A stretch of DNA of 64,000 nt from a bacterium (GTDB lineage: Bacteria > UBA10199 > 2-02-FULL-50-16 > JAJFLM01): assembly GCA_965216315.1 (NCBI GenBank), contig CBDCFN010000016.1:480001-544000 (forward strand), in the 5' to 3' direction. The notes under the pieces are model-generated. The model saw only the letters and a list, made by a program, of their open reading frames with translations, had not been told where the DNA came from and ran no database searches. Of the stretch, positions 19,330-29,217 are shown piece by piece. Numbering within the stretch: the first letter of the stretch is position 1; every line of letters starts with the position of its first letter. A program made the position numbers and the translations under genes.

Positions 19330-19961
19330 TGCTTGTGCGTCGTTTTCTAATTGTTGGAATAGCTATTTTAATAGTGAGTTTTTCTGTCGGTCAGTCCAAG
19401 GCAACTATGGTCCTGTCGGTTAATCTGGAACAGATGACTGAGACAGCGGACCGGATTTTTTTAGGGACCGTGCAGTCTGTCGAAGATGCCTATGATTCGG
19501 ATGGGCGTTGGTGTCAATTTGTGACATTTTCCATCATTGAAACGTATAAAGGGAATCTTTCTTCAAATTTAAAGATCAAACAGGTTAATTCAAAACCAAC
19601 AGATACGGACGATGAGACTATCGTGCGCAGCACGATGTTTCAGGGGGTTCCTCAGTATAAAGTAGGTGAGGAGGTCGTTGTTTTTCTTCACGGCGACAGT
19701 CCAATAGGTTTTACGAGTCCGGTTGGGCTCAGCCAGGGCGCGTTTCGGGTTGTCAAAGATGACAATGGCGGTAAGAAACTTGTGAATGGGGCCGGCAATT
19801 TAGGGCTCTTTAAGAAGATGAAGGCGACTCCCGCACTCAAGGCTCAGGGGATTGATTCAGTACGCTTCCAGGCATTGAGTACTTCACCTAAGGATCTTTA
19901 CCTTGATCAAATGCGTTCGATGCTAAAGGCATTGACTCAAAAGAAAGCGGCAAAGGAGTAG
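19329..19961 (+). CDS. Secreted TIMP/NTR-like OB-fold protein (copy 2)
   Basis: TGATG overlap; signal peptide ending SKA; ADRIFLGTV..FSIIETYKG..GEEVVVFL..GFTSPVG; fold is inferred. Confidence 0.72.
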   Translation: MLVRRFLIVGIAILIVSFSVGQSKATMVLSVNLEQMTETADRIFLGTVQSVEDAYDSDGRWCQFVTFSIIETYKGNLSSNLKIKQVNSKPTDTDDETIVRSTMFQGVPQYKVGEEVVVFLHGDSPIGFTSPVGLSQGAFRVVKDDNGGKKLVNGAGNLGLFKKMKATPALKAQGIDSVRFQALSTSPKDLYLDQMRSMLKALTQKKAAKE

Positions 19962-19967
19962 CCCAAC

Positions 19968-21290
19968 ATGCGTATGAAGCCCATTTTTTCCTTATTTCTG
20001 CTCTTGGTTGCATTCCCTGTGACTGCCCTGGGATATGGTCCCAATGTTATTACCAGTAGTGGCATCGTGACATGGCAGCTGCCGGTCATTATTGATGTTG
20101 AGGGTGACCAGATAAAAAACTGTGATGGTGGCGCGACAGTTGATTTAAGTAATCACATCGCTAATGCGGCAAGTATTTGGACTGGAGCACCGGAAACAGG
20201 CTTAACGACACAAGTTCGTACTATCACGAGTGGCGGGAATCCACTGAGTGTTGACGAAACGAATTATTGCGACGTTATGTTTGATCAAGGCTCTTGTCAA
20301 TTTGGGGGGAATCAAAGTGGTCCCGCCGACGGTGGTTTTAATCCCATTGTTTATGATGAAGACGGCGCGATTACTGACCTGTTCTTTGGTGTCAACGCCA
20401 AGCAAAGCACGCTGGGATTTGCCGGCATTGTCTTGCGTGAGACGGGATCACTCAATGCTGCCAAGGGTGAAGGCGTTATTAACCTTTTTTGCATGGATCC
20501 CTGTGCCGGCTCCTCTTGTACGGCGACTTTTTCTGCGAATGATGTCCTCGCCTTTGTTGTCCACGAACTTGGTCATTTTTTCGGCATGAATCATACTCAG
20601 GTCAACTTTGATCAAACTAATGAAAGCTTTACCTCGACAATGTTCGCCGTATTTGATCCGGATTCAGTAGCGGATATCACGACATTAGAACGCGATGACG
20701 AGGTTGGAATTGCTGATTTATATCCGAATGGAGGCAATGATCTTGACGATAATTTTTGCGCGGTGACGGGGACAGTTCTCGATGAAAACGGGGATGAGTT
20801 TCAGTGTGCTAATATCATTGTGCGTAATACGAATACGACTGGGAGTAAGAATCTTGCCGATGCCATAAGTTTTGTTTCGGGAGGAGATCGGGAAGGTGGC
20901 ACTGCGGCGAGTGGGCGTGGGGCATTTACGGTGCGCGGTTTGGCCCCGGGGGAAACCTATCAAGTAACGGTCCAGCAAATTGATACGACCTTCCCGTTAA
21001 ATGCTTCCTCTTCGGGTATTGTCCCGTGCAACGGAGGGAACGGAAATCCGACGCCTCCTGAGTTTACGTCGCAAACGCTGAGTGAAACGGTCACGTGCCA
21101 GGCGGCCGGTTCAAGTCTCGTTGCGGTTGGAAATAGCCAGCAGCTGACGGTCAGTGAAGGGGATACTATCACCCTTTCCGATATAACCCTCACAGACACG
21201 AATAAAAATGTGGCATCTGGAAGTGGGAGCGGCGGAATTGGTGGTGGCGGGAGTGCCGGTAGCAGTAGCGGCTGCAGCCTCATTCGCTGA
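19968..21290 (+). CDS. Secreted matrixin-like metzincin (copy 2)
   Basis: AAGGAG RBS, signal peptide, HELGHFFGMNH, Met-turn STMF, ends in Gly/Ser linker-GCSLIR. Confidence 0.88.
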   Translation: MRMKPIFSLFLLLVAFPVTALGYGPNVITSSGIVTWQLPVIIDVEGDQIKNCDGGATVDLSNHIANAASIWTGAPETGLTTQVRTITSGGNPLSVDETNYCDVMFDQGSCQFGGNQSGPADGGFNPIVYDEDGAITDLFFGVNAKQSTLGFAGIVLRETGSLNAAKGEGVINLFCMDPCAGSSCTATFSANDVLAFVVHELGHFFGMNHTQVNFDQTNESFTSTMFAVFDPDSVADITTLERDDEVGIADLYPNGGNDLDDNFCAVTGTVLDENGDEFQCANIIVRNTNTTGSKNLADAISFVSGGDREGGTAASGRGAFTVRGLAPGETYQVTVQQIDTTFPLNASSSGIVPCNGGNGNPTPPEFTSQTLSETVTCQAAGSSLVAVGNSQQLTVSEGDTITLSDITLTDTNKNVASGSGSGGIGGGGSAGSSSGCSLIR

Positions 21291-21303
21291 TATTGGGAAG
21301 AAC

Positions 21304-21332
21304 TTTACAATTGGCCGGAGCTTTCCTAAGGT
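21304..21332 (+). promoter_or_regulatory. Candidate sigma70 promoter for ispG-proS-pyrF
   Basis: TTTACA-N17-TAAGGT, 9 nt before ATG. Confidence 0.45.
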
Positions 21333-21341
21333 CCGGCTCCT

Positions 21342-22469
21342 ATGAAAGCTCGGCAGACGCGTGAAATTTCCATTGGTCGGCATCGGCTCGGTGGATCCAA
21401 TCCTATTCTAGTGCAATCCATGGCGGCGACGCCGACACGGGATGTTGCGGCGACGTTGCGGCAGGTTCACATTTTGGAGACCGCAGGTGCGGATCTGATC
21501 CGAATCGCTGTCGATACACCGCGCGATTTGGAGGCCTTGCGCGAAATTAGAGACCAGACTGAAGCGGCCCTGGTTGTCGACCTGCAAGAGAATTATCAGC
21601 TGGCTCAGGATGTAGCGCCTTTGGTCCAAAAGTTTCGTTACAACCCGGGCCATCTTCATCATCGCGAACGTGAGAAGACTATTGAGCAAAAAGTCGCCTG
21701 GTTGGCAGATGTGGCAACGAAACATAACTGTGCCATTCGTGTCGGTGTCAATTGCGGCTCGATCGATCCGAAGATACTTGAACGTTACCCGGATGATGAT
21801 GACGCAGCTCTCGTAGCCTCCGCAACAGAACATTGTAATTTTTTGGATGAGATAGGGTTTAAAAATTATCTCGTTTCCTTGAAAGATTCGGATCCCAATA
21901 CGGTTATTGAAGTCAATAAGCAGTTTGCCGCGGAGCGACCCGATGTCCCCCTGCATCTTGGTGTCACCGAGGCCGGGATGCCACCTGAAGGCGTGATAAA
22001 AACACGTATTGCGTTTGAGCAGCTACTGTCTCGTGGAATTGGCGATACCGTTCGGGTTTCGCTGACAGTTCCTTTTGATGACAAGGGTCAGGAAATCGAA
22101 GTCGCTCGTGAAATCATCGATGACATTGAGCATGGCCGGTTTCGTTCGGTCCCTGTCTTTGAGAATAATGGGCTTAATATTATTTCCTGCCCTTCTTGCT
22201 CACGGGTTGAAAATGAGAAATTTGTGGAGCTGGCTCAGGAAGTCAAAAAGGTGACCGAGTATGCCAAGGACCATGATTTGACTATCGCTGTTATGGGCTG
22301 TCGCGTGAATGGTCCCGGCGAGACGGATGACGCGGATCTGGGTCTCTGGTGTGCACCGACGGTAGTCAATCTGAAGAAAAAGGAAGATTTGATTGGAACT
22401 TTTTCTTATGAAGAGATAATTCCTCGTTTGAAAAAGGAACTCGACAACCTCATTAATAATACACAATAA
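21342..22469 (+). CDS. ispG: HMBPP synthase
   Basis: [54 protein letters not shown]. Confidence 0.96.
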   Translation: MKARQTREISIGRHRLGGSNPILVQSMAATPTRDVAATLRQVHILETAGADLIRIAVDTPRDLEALREIRDQTEAALVVDLQENYQLAQDVAPLVQKFRYNPGHLHHREREKTIEQKVAWLADVATKHNCAIRVGVNCGSIDPKILERYPDDDDAALVASATEHCNFLDEIGFKNYLVSLKDSDPNTVIEVNKQFAAERPDVPLHLGVTEAGMPPEGVIKTRIAFEQLLSRGIGDTVRVSLTVPFDDKGQEIEVAREIIDDIEHGRFRSVPVFENNGLNIISCPSCSRVENEKFVELAQEVKKVTEYAKDHDLTIAVMGCRVNGPGETDDADLGLWCAPTVVNLKKKEDLIGTFSYEEIIPRLKKELDNLINNTQ

Positions 22470-22484
22470 GGCGTACCTAATTGT

Positions 22485-24182
22485 ATGCGCTTTAGCCAAT
22501 CTCTTATAGTAACCCGCCGCGACGCTCCGGCGGATGCCGAAACAATCTCCCATCAGCTGATGGTGCGGGCGGGTTTTATTCGTAAGCTGGCGTCCGGGAT
22601 TTATACTTATTTGCCGCTTTGTCTGCGGACGTTACGCAAGATTGAGCAAATCATCCGTGAAGAGTTGAATGCTGCGGGGGCACAAGAATTACTGATGCCT
22701 GTCGTGATGCCGGCGAGTCTCTGGAAAGAATCCGAGCGCTGGGATTTTTATGGGAAAGAATTGCTCCGCTTCAAAGATCGCAAGGACAATGATTTTTGTC
22801 TTGGACCGACACACGAAGAAGCGATTACAGATCTGGTTCGCAATGACGTCAAATCATATCGCCAATTACCGCTTAACCTTTATCAAATTCAGACGAAGTT
22901 TCGCGATGAAATCCGGCCGCGTTTTGGCCTGATGCGGGGGCGCGAGTTCATCATGAAAGACGGTTATAGCTTTGATGCGAATGAGGAGACCGCTCGAGTG
23001 ACGTATCAGAAAATGTATGATGCTTATATGCGGATCTTTGAGCGCTGCGGTCTTGAATTTCGTCCCGTCGATGCGATGACGGGGGCTATCGGTGGGTCTT
23101 TGAGTCATGAATTTCAAGTCCTGGCCGAGACGGGAGAGGATCCCATCCTGGCGAGTTCGGAGACCGACTATGCGGCGAATATCGAGAAGGCACCGTTGGA
23201 CCCGACAGTTGATTTAGAGAGCGTATCAATGGAGTCGGGTCGGAATGAAAAGGTTGAGACGCCGAAGTTAACGAGTGTCGAGGAGGTAGCCTCATTTCTC
23301 GGTGTCGGACAGGATGGCCTCGTGAAAACCCTCGTTTTTGAGACCGATGCGGGGCCAATTGCGGCACTAGTCCGCGGCGATCAAGAGCTCGTTGAAGAAA
23401 AGCTCAAATTGGTTAGTGGTGTCGAACAACTCGTGATGGCCTCCGAAAAAACGATCCATGATATTGGCAGTGCTGTGGGTTTTACGGGTCCGCTGGGTCT
23501 GAAGATTCCGGTTTATGCGGATTACGGGGTGGCGGCGATGAAGGATTTCGTAGTCGGCGCGAATGAAAGAGATGTGCACCTCAAGAACGTGAATTTAGGT
23601 GATTTTGAAGTGAAGGGTTTCTTCGATCTCAGGCGAGCCGTCGCTGGGGATCCTTGTCCTGAAGGCGGTGTTTATGAAGGATTCCGTGGCATTGAAGTAG
23701 GCCATGTCTTTTATCTCGGTGACAAATACTCGCGCTCCATGAAGGCCGTTTTCTTGGATGAGCAAGGGAAAGAACAGTACATGGTCATGGGTTGTTATGG
23801 TATCGGTGTGGGTCGAACCGCGGCAGCGGCGATTGAGCAGAATCATGATGAGTCGGGAATCATTTGGCCGCGCAGTATTGCTCCCTACGAAGTGGTTCTG
23901 ATTTCGCTGAAGGTGGAAGATGCCGAGGTCGCACGCGTTTCTAAGGAGCTTTATCAGCGCTTGCAAACTGCGGGAGTCGAAATCATTTGGGATGATCGTA
24001 AAGAATCTCCAGGGGTTAAGTTTAAAGATGCGGATTTGATTGGATTTCCATTTCAAATCGTCGTAGGGGTGCGAGGTCTTCAGGATAAGCAGGTAGAGAT
24101 CAAGAATCGCCAGACGGGCGAGAAGGTTTCCGTGGCCCTGGACCAGGTTGAAACCGCAGTGAAGCAGCGGTTGGAGGAGTAA
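22485..24182 (+). CDS. proS: Proline--tRNA ligase (with editing domain)
   Basis: LGPTHEE, KFRDEIRPRFGLMRGREF, MGCYGIGVGR, DADLIG. Confidence 0.98.
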   Translation: MRFSQSLIVTRRDAPADAETISHQLMVRAGFIRKLASGIYTYLPLCLRTLRKIEQIIREELNAAGAQELLMPVVMPASLWKESERWDFYGKELLRFKDRKDNDFCLGPTHEEAITDLVRNDVKSYRQLPLNLYQIQTKFRDEIRPRFGLMRGREFIMKDGYSFDANEETARVTYQKMYDAYMRIFERCGLEFRPVDAMTGAIGGSLSHEFQVLAETGEDPILASSETDYAANIEKAPLDPTVDLESVSMESGRNEKVETPKLTSVEEVASFLGVGQDGLVKTLVFETDAGPIAALVRGDQELVEEKLKLVSGVEQLVMASEKTIHDIGSAVGFTGPLGLKIPVYADYGVAAMKDFVVGANERDVHLKNVNLGDFEVKGFFDLRRAVAGDPCPEGGVYEGFRGIEVGHVFYLGDKYSRSMKAVFLDEQGKEQYMVMGCYGIGVGRTAAAAIEQNHDESGIIWPRSIAPYEVVLISLKVEDAEVARVSKELYQRLQTAGVEIIWDDRKESPGVKFKDADLIGFPFQIVVGVRGLQDKQVEIKNRQTGEKVSVALDQVETAVKQRLEE

Positions 24183-24187
24183 GTATT

Positions 24188-25189
24188 ATGCGAAGTGAAA
24201 AATTAATTGTCGCCCTCGATTTCTCCAAAGAATCGGATGCCAAGGCGATGGTGCGGACTCTCAAAAAAGACGTAACGCTTTTTAAGATAGGTCTTCAGCT
24301 CTTTACAAAAGCAGGGCCGGCAATCATTAAGGCTGTGCAAAAAGGAGATCATAAAGTTTTTCTCGACCTCAAGTTTCACGATATTCCGCACACGGTGGCC
24401 AAATCAGTGATGGAAGCGACACAGCACGGTGTCTATATGCTCACGGTCCACGCGATGGGTGGCAAGGAAATGATGGAGCGGGCGGTCGAGGCGGCGAATG
24501 ACGCGGCCGAACAGCTGGGATTGATTCGACCGAAGATCGTTGCGGTGACGGTACCTACGAGTCGCCAAGATGTCGGCGAATTGGGGATTCAGGCCTCCGT
24601 TGAAGATACGGTTGTCAAGTTAGCCAAGCTGGCGCATGAGGCCGGATGTGATGGCGTGGTCTGTTCGCCACGTGAGATCAACGTGATACGAGCGGCCTGT
24701 GGGCCGGACTTTCTCATTGTAACGCCAGGGATTCGGCTTGGCGATGAAGAGGCCGATGATCAAAAGCGAGTGGACACGCCGAAAGCCGCCTTTGAAGCGG
24801 GTGCGAATTACATTGTGGTGGGGCGCCCCATTCTCAGGGCTTCGGATCCGGTGCGGGCGGTGCAAAAGATAAACGCGTCCGTCCATGGTCTCGATCCTCA
24901 TCTCGTGGCTGAGTCGGCTCCGGAAGAGGCCCCTCCACCTGAAGAGCCTGCGCCAGAAGTGACGGCCGAGCCAACGCCCGAGTCCGCACCTGAACCCGCA
25001 CTCGAGAAACCGGTAGAAGAAGTCACCGTAGCGCCTGCTGTTGAGGCAGGCGATGAAAACGAAGCCACCCTTAAGCTAGCGGAAGAGGCGGCGGAGGCAC
25101 CGGAAACTGCGGAACCATCGATTGCAGCGTCACCGGAGCCAGCGGCGGAACCGGTGGATGAGGGTGGCGAGACGCCGACAGGCAGCTGA
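24188..25189 (+). CDS. pyrF: Orotidine-5'-phosphate decarboxylase with Pro/Glu/Ala-rich tail
   Basis: IVALD, FLDLKFHDIPHTV, VTPGIR, DDQKR, VVGRPI. Confidence 0.95.
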   Translation: MRSEKLIVALDFSKESDAKAMVRTLKKDVTLFKIGLQLFTKAGPAIIKAVQKGDHKVFLDLKFHDIPHTVAKSVMEATQHGVYMLTVHAMGGKEMMERAVEAANDAAEQLGLIRPKIVAVTVPTSRQDVGELGIQASVEDTVVKLAKLAHEAGCDGVVCSPREINVIRAACGPDFLIVTPGIRLGDEEADDQKRVDTPKAAFEAGANYIVVGRPILRASDPVRAVQKINASVHGLDPHLVAESAPEEAPPPEEPAPEVTAEPTPESAPEPALEKPVEEVTVAPAVEAGDENEATLKLAEEAAEAPETAEPSIAASPEPAAEPVDEGGETPTGS

Positions 25190-25281
25190 GGAGAAGAGAC
25201 CCCGTTTTTGGGTCTCGGCCCCTGTTAAGCACGTTCAAGTAGGCCGGGTGTTCCGGAACAGTTTCTTGAAAAATTTAATAA

Positions 25282-25294
25282 TATCAAATAGTTA
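25282..25294 (+). promoter_or_regulatory. IHF binding site
   Basis: TATCAAATAGTTA exact WATCAANNNNTTR match with A/T tract upstream. Confidence 0.55.
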
Positions 25295-25348
25295 AATAAT
25301 CTCCCTCTCTTGGGCCTATATGGCAGCTTATTTGCTTTACTTAGGGGT

Positions 25349-25681
25349 ATGGATTTTCTGCGCCCCATCGCTGAGGAACAAGAGAGGCAGCCGGTCCCCG
25401 CCCTGAGCCCGGATGAAGCGGTCCAGCTCAGCACAGAGGTTCTGAGCCTCAAGCTTCAGCTAACGCAGGCGGCTATGTGCCACGAATATGCGCGCATGGA
25501 GTATGAGCGGTCGGTTTGTGTTATCCGACGGGGTGAACTCCTCGACGAAATGGAGATGTATCACGGTGACTACCTCGAGGCGCGAGCACGGCTCGGCCAC
25601 TGCAATCCGGCTCTCTTGTCTGAGTTAGAGTTGGAGATCCGTAGCCAAAAGACCCTTGTCTTTGGCTCACTTCATTCGTAA
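25349..25681 (+). CDS. Hypothetical helical protein (110 aa)
   Basis: ORF filling the pyrF-rlmB gap, AGGGG before ATG, natural-looking composition. Confidence 0.65.
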   Translation: MDFLRPIAEEQERQPVPALSPDEAVQLSTEVLSLKLQLTQAAMCHEYARMEYERSVCVIRRGELLDEMEMYHGDYLEARARLGHCNPALLSELELEIRSQKTLVFGSLHS

Positions 25682-25778
25682 TAGGGGCTCGCGTCGCCCC
25701 CTCCACCGGCAAAGCCGGACGGAGCCTCCCCCTCTCACTCGCGTTGCTCGTTATTGACCAACATGTTATGCGACTTGG

Positions 25779-26516
25779 ATGCCCACGTATCTCGCAGGTC
25801 GCCATGCGGTTTTCCACGCCGTGAAGGCGGGACGACGTCCCGTGCGGACGATTTATTTGCAGGCAGGAATCAACGAGCGCGAAGTCCGGCCTTTACTTGA
25901 ATTGGCGCGGAGCCAGGGGATTCCCGTCGAGACAGTGCCCAAGGACTTTTTTGCGCGTCATTTGTCGGTGGAGACTCATCAGGGGGTCGCGGCGGCGGCT
26001 GAGGAGTTGCCGGTCATCGATCTGGAAGCCCTATTGGCAAAGCTGCCGAGTGAGGCTCCTCAGCGGCTCCTGCTGCTGGATAGCGTCGAGGACCCCCATA
26101 ATTTCGGGGCGCTGATGCGCTCGGCTCTTTCTTTCGGGTTTCAAGGGGTCATCTGGCCGCGGCGGCGGAGTGCGCCCCTTAGTGCGGTGGCCGTCAAGGC
26201 GGCCGCCGGCGCGGCCGAATATCTCCACTTAGTGCGCGTCGGCAATCTCAATCAAGCCATGGAGGCCCTCAAGGCACGACAATACTGGATCTATGGAAGC
26301 GTCGCTGAAGGGGGGCAAGACCCGCAAAGCGAGGATTTTCCTCGCTCCGCCGCTCTCGTTATAGGTTCAGAAGGACGCGGCCTCCATCGCCTGGTCCAGG
26401 AACGCTGTGATGCCCTATTGACGATACCCTGCGAGGGACCCCTTGAGTCACTTAATGCCTCCGTCGCGGGGGCCCTGCTCATGGCGGCGATGCGCTCGCA
26501 AAATCACTCGACTTAG
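25779..26516 (+). CDS. rlmB: 23S rRNA G2251 2'-O-methyltransferase (SpoU family)
   Basis: HQGVAA, DPHNFGALMRSA, IGSEGRG, ESLNASVA. Confidence 0.92.
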   Translation: MPTYLAGRHAVFHAVKAGRRPVRTIYLQAGINEREVRPLLELARSQGIPVETVPKDFFARHLSVETHQGVAAAAEELPVIDLEALLAKLPSEAPQRLLLLDSVEDPHNFGALMRSALSFGFQGVIWPRRRSAPLSAVAVKAAAGAAEYLHLVRVGNLNQAMEALKARQYWIYGSVAEGGQDPQSEDFPRSAALVIGSEGRGLHRLVQERCDALLTIPCEGPLESLNASVAGALLMAAMRSQNHST

Positions 26517-26539
26517 GTCTCCAAAGTGTCTAGAATTCC

Positions 26540-26569
26540 TTGACAAAATCTTTGGAACTCAATTAAAAC
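26540..26569 (+). promoter_or_regulatory. Candidate sigma70 promoter of the tRNA-tuf operon
   Basis: TTGACA-N18-TAAAAC. Confidence 0.4.
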
Positions 26570-26725
26570 CCCTAAACCTTTTCGGTCTGAGGTCTGATTC
26601 AGTAGAGAAAGAAGAATTCCTTAATAATATCCACTGGTTAAGCTGGTCGGAAGGAGCTCTTTTTTTGCTGAAATTTTGTGCATTGGGTTGAGTGAAAAGG
26701 ATCGAGACGATGGCATTTTGGCTTG

Positions 26726-26798
26726 GCCGACGTAGCTCAGTTGGTAGAGCAACTGATTTGTAATCAGTAGGTCGCCGGTTCGACCCCGGCCGTCGGCT
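26726..26798 (+). tRNA. tRNA-Thr(UGU), CCA not encoded
   Basis: GCCGACG/CGTCGGC acceptor, anticodon loop TT-TGT-AA, GGTTCGA T-arm. Confidence 0.97.
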
Positions 26799-26803
26799 CA
26801 CAT

Positions 26804-27089
26804 TTCGCGAAGTGAAAGCGCAGCTTCCACTTCGCTTGAGTTAAGGGGAAGAAAGACTCTCTCCCTTAACAACCCCCCATCGTGAGTGGGGAGTACAATT
26901 TGGGTTTTTAAATTTGGCTGGCCGGCCGCACGGGAGAGTGCGGCTTCGGTTCGGCCCCGTTCTTTTTAAATTGGGTACTTTTAGGGGGGGGAAATAACCG
27001 CTTCCACAGATGAGGGATTGTTAAGGGAGAGAGCGGTATCTCTCCCTTGACTAAAGTCAAACGGAAGCTGTGCTTTCGTTTGGCGCGAA
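26804..27089. repeat. Inverted pair of about 80-bp palindromic repeats (26804-26881 and 27009-27089), REPIN-like
   Basis: Reverse complement of right arm aligns to left arm (gaaagcrcagcttcc..ctctctcccttaacaa..catc); each arm has two hairpins. Confidence 0.8.
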
Positions 27090-27172
27090 GGAGAGATGCC
27101 CGAGTGGCTAAAGGGGGCAGGCTGTAAACCTGCTGGCTTCGGCCTACGGTGGTTCGAATCCACCTCTCTCCA
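27090..27172 (+). tRNA. tRNA-Tyr(GUA), CCA not encoded
   Basis: GGAGAGA/TCTCTCC acceptor, CT-GTA-AA loop, long variable arm. Confidence 0.96.
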
Positions 27173-27173
27173 C

Positions 27174-27247
27174 GCGGGAGTAGCTCAGTTGGCTAGAGCA
27201 TCAGCCTTCCAAGCTGAGGGTCGCGGGTTCGAGCCCCGTCTCCCGCT
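27174..27247 (+). tRNA. tRNA-Gly(UCC), CCA not encoded
   Basis: GCGGGAG/CTCCCGC acceptor, CT-TCC-AA loop. Confidence 0.97.
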
Positions 27248-27248
27248 C

Positions 27249-27321
<73 letters not shown>

Positions 27322-27377
27322 CAGTGATTTTTTAAATTGAGGTGAGGACTAAATTTAATTTCTGAAGGAGAGATCCC

Positions 27378-28568
<1,191 letters not shown>

Positions 28569-28575
28569 GGCAGTT

Positions 28576-28725
28576 ATGAGAATTATAATCCAACTCGAAT
28601 GCACGGAGTGTAAACGACGCAATTATTCGACGAAAAAGAATAAGCGCACCACGCCGGACCGTATTGAAATTAAGAAGTATTGTCCGACATGCCGTAAGCA
28701 CATTGTGCATAAGGAGACGAAGTAA
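28576..28725 (+). CDS. rpmG: 50S ribosomal protein L33 (Zn-ribbon form; below ORF-track cutoff)
   Basis: Hand translation [49 protein letters not shown]. Confidence 0.97.
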   Translation: MRIIIQLECTECKRRNYSTKKNKRTTPDRIEIKKYCPTCRKHIVHKETK

Positions 28726-28743
28726 AGAGACCCTGCTCCCTGT

Positions 28744-28816
28744 AGGGGAGTAGCTCAATTGGTAGAGCACCGGTCTCCAAAACCGGGGGTTGCAGGTTCG
28801 ATCCCTGTCTCCCCTG
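28744..28816 (+). tRNA. tRNA-Trp(CCA), CCA end not encoded
   Basis: AGGGGAG/CTCCCCT acceptor, CT-CCA-AA loop; conserved position between rpmG and secE. Confidence 0.96.
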
Positions 28817-28842
28817 CAGAGGGCAGGGGGAATGAGAAAAGG

Positions 28843-29217
28843 ATGCAGTCACAGAAGATAGTCAATTTATCACTGGTTCTTGCGGGAATCGGAGTCTTTT
28901 TATTCTTCAGTAATGCTTTTTCAGCGCTCTGGAGTCTAGCAAGTCTGCCGCGCATGCCCGAGTGGATTGTTACGCCTCCCGACATTCTGAGTTTTGTTGT
29001 GGTGGCGGCTGCAGGAATCATTGTCCGGCGACATAATAAGGCGAATACATTTTTGAATGAGGTAACCGTTGAGCTCTCAAAAGTGACCTGGCCTGACAAC
29101 AAGGAAACCGTCATTTCTACCGGTGTTAGCTGTGTGTTGGTTGTCATTTGTTCGGTGATCTTGTTCGGATTTGACAGTCTCTGGGGCGTGATCATGCGAG
29201 GGATCTTTTCGATATGA
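28843..29217 (+). CDS. secE: Preprotein translocase subunit SecE (long, multi-TM form)
   Basis: FLNEVTVELSKVTWP..ET motif followed by TM; directly before nusG. Confidence 0.93.
   Translation: MQSQKIVNLSLVLAGIGVFLFFSNAFSALWSLASLPRMPEWIVTPPDILSFVVVAAAGIIVRRHNKANTFLNEVTVELSKVTWPDNKETVISTGVSCVLVVICSVILFGFDSLWGVIMRGIFSI

Noticed and set aside
25196..25216. Hairpin gagaccc/gggtctc after pyrF
   Set aside because: No U-tract follows; too weak to call a terminator
26711..26726. TGGCA..TTGG sigma54-like sequence
   Set aside because: Wrong GG-to-GC spacing and it abuts the tRNA
28759..28842. ORF-track N-terminal extension of secE
   Set aside because: Overlaps tRNA-Trp; ATG 28843 is the plausible start
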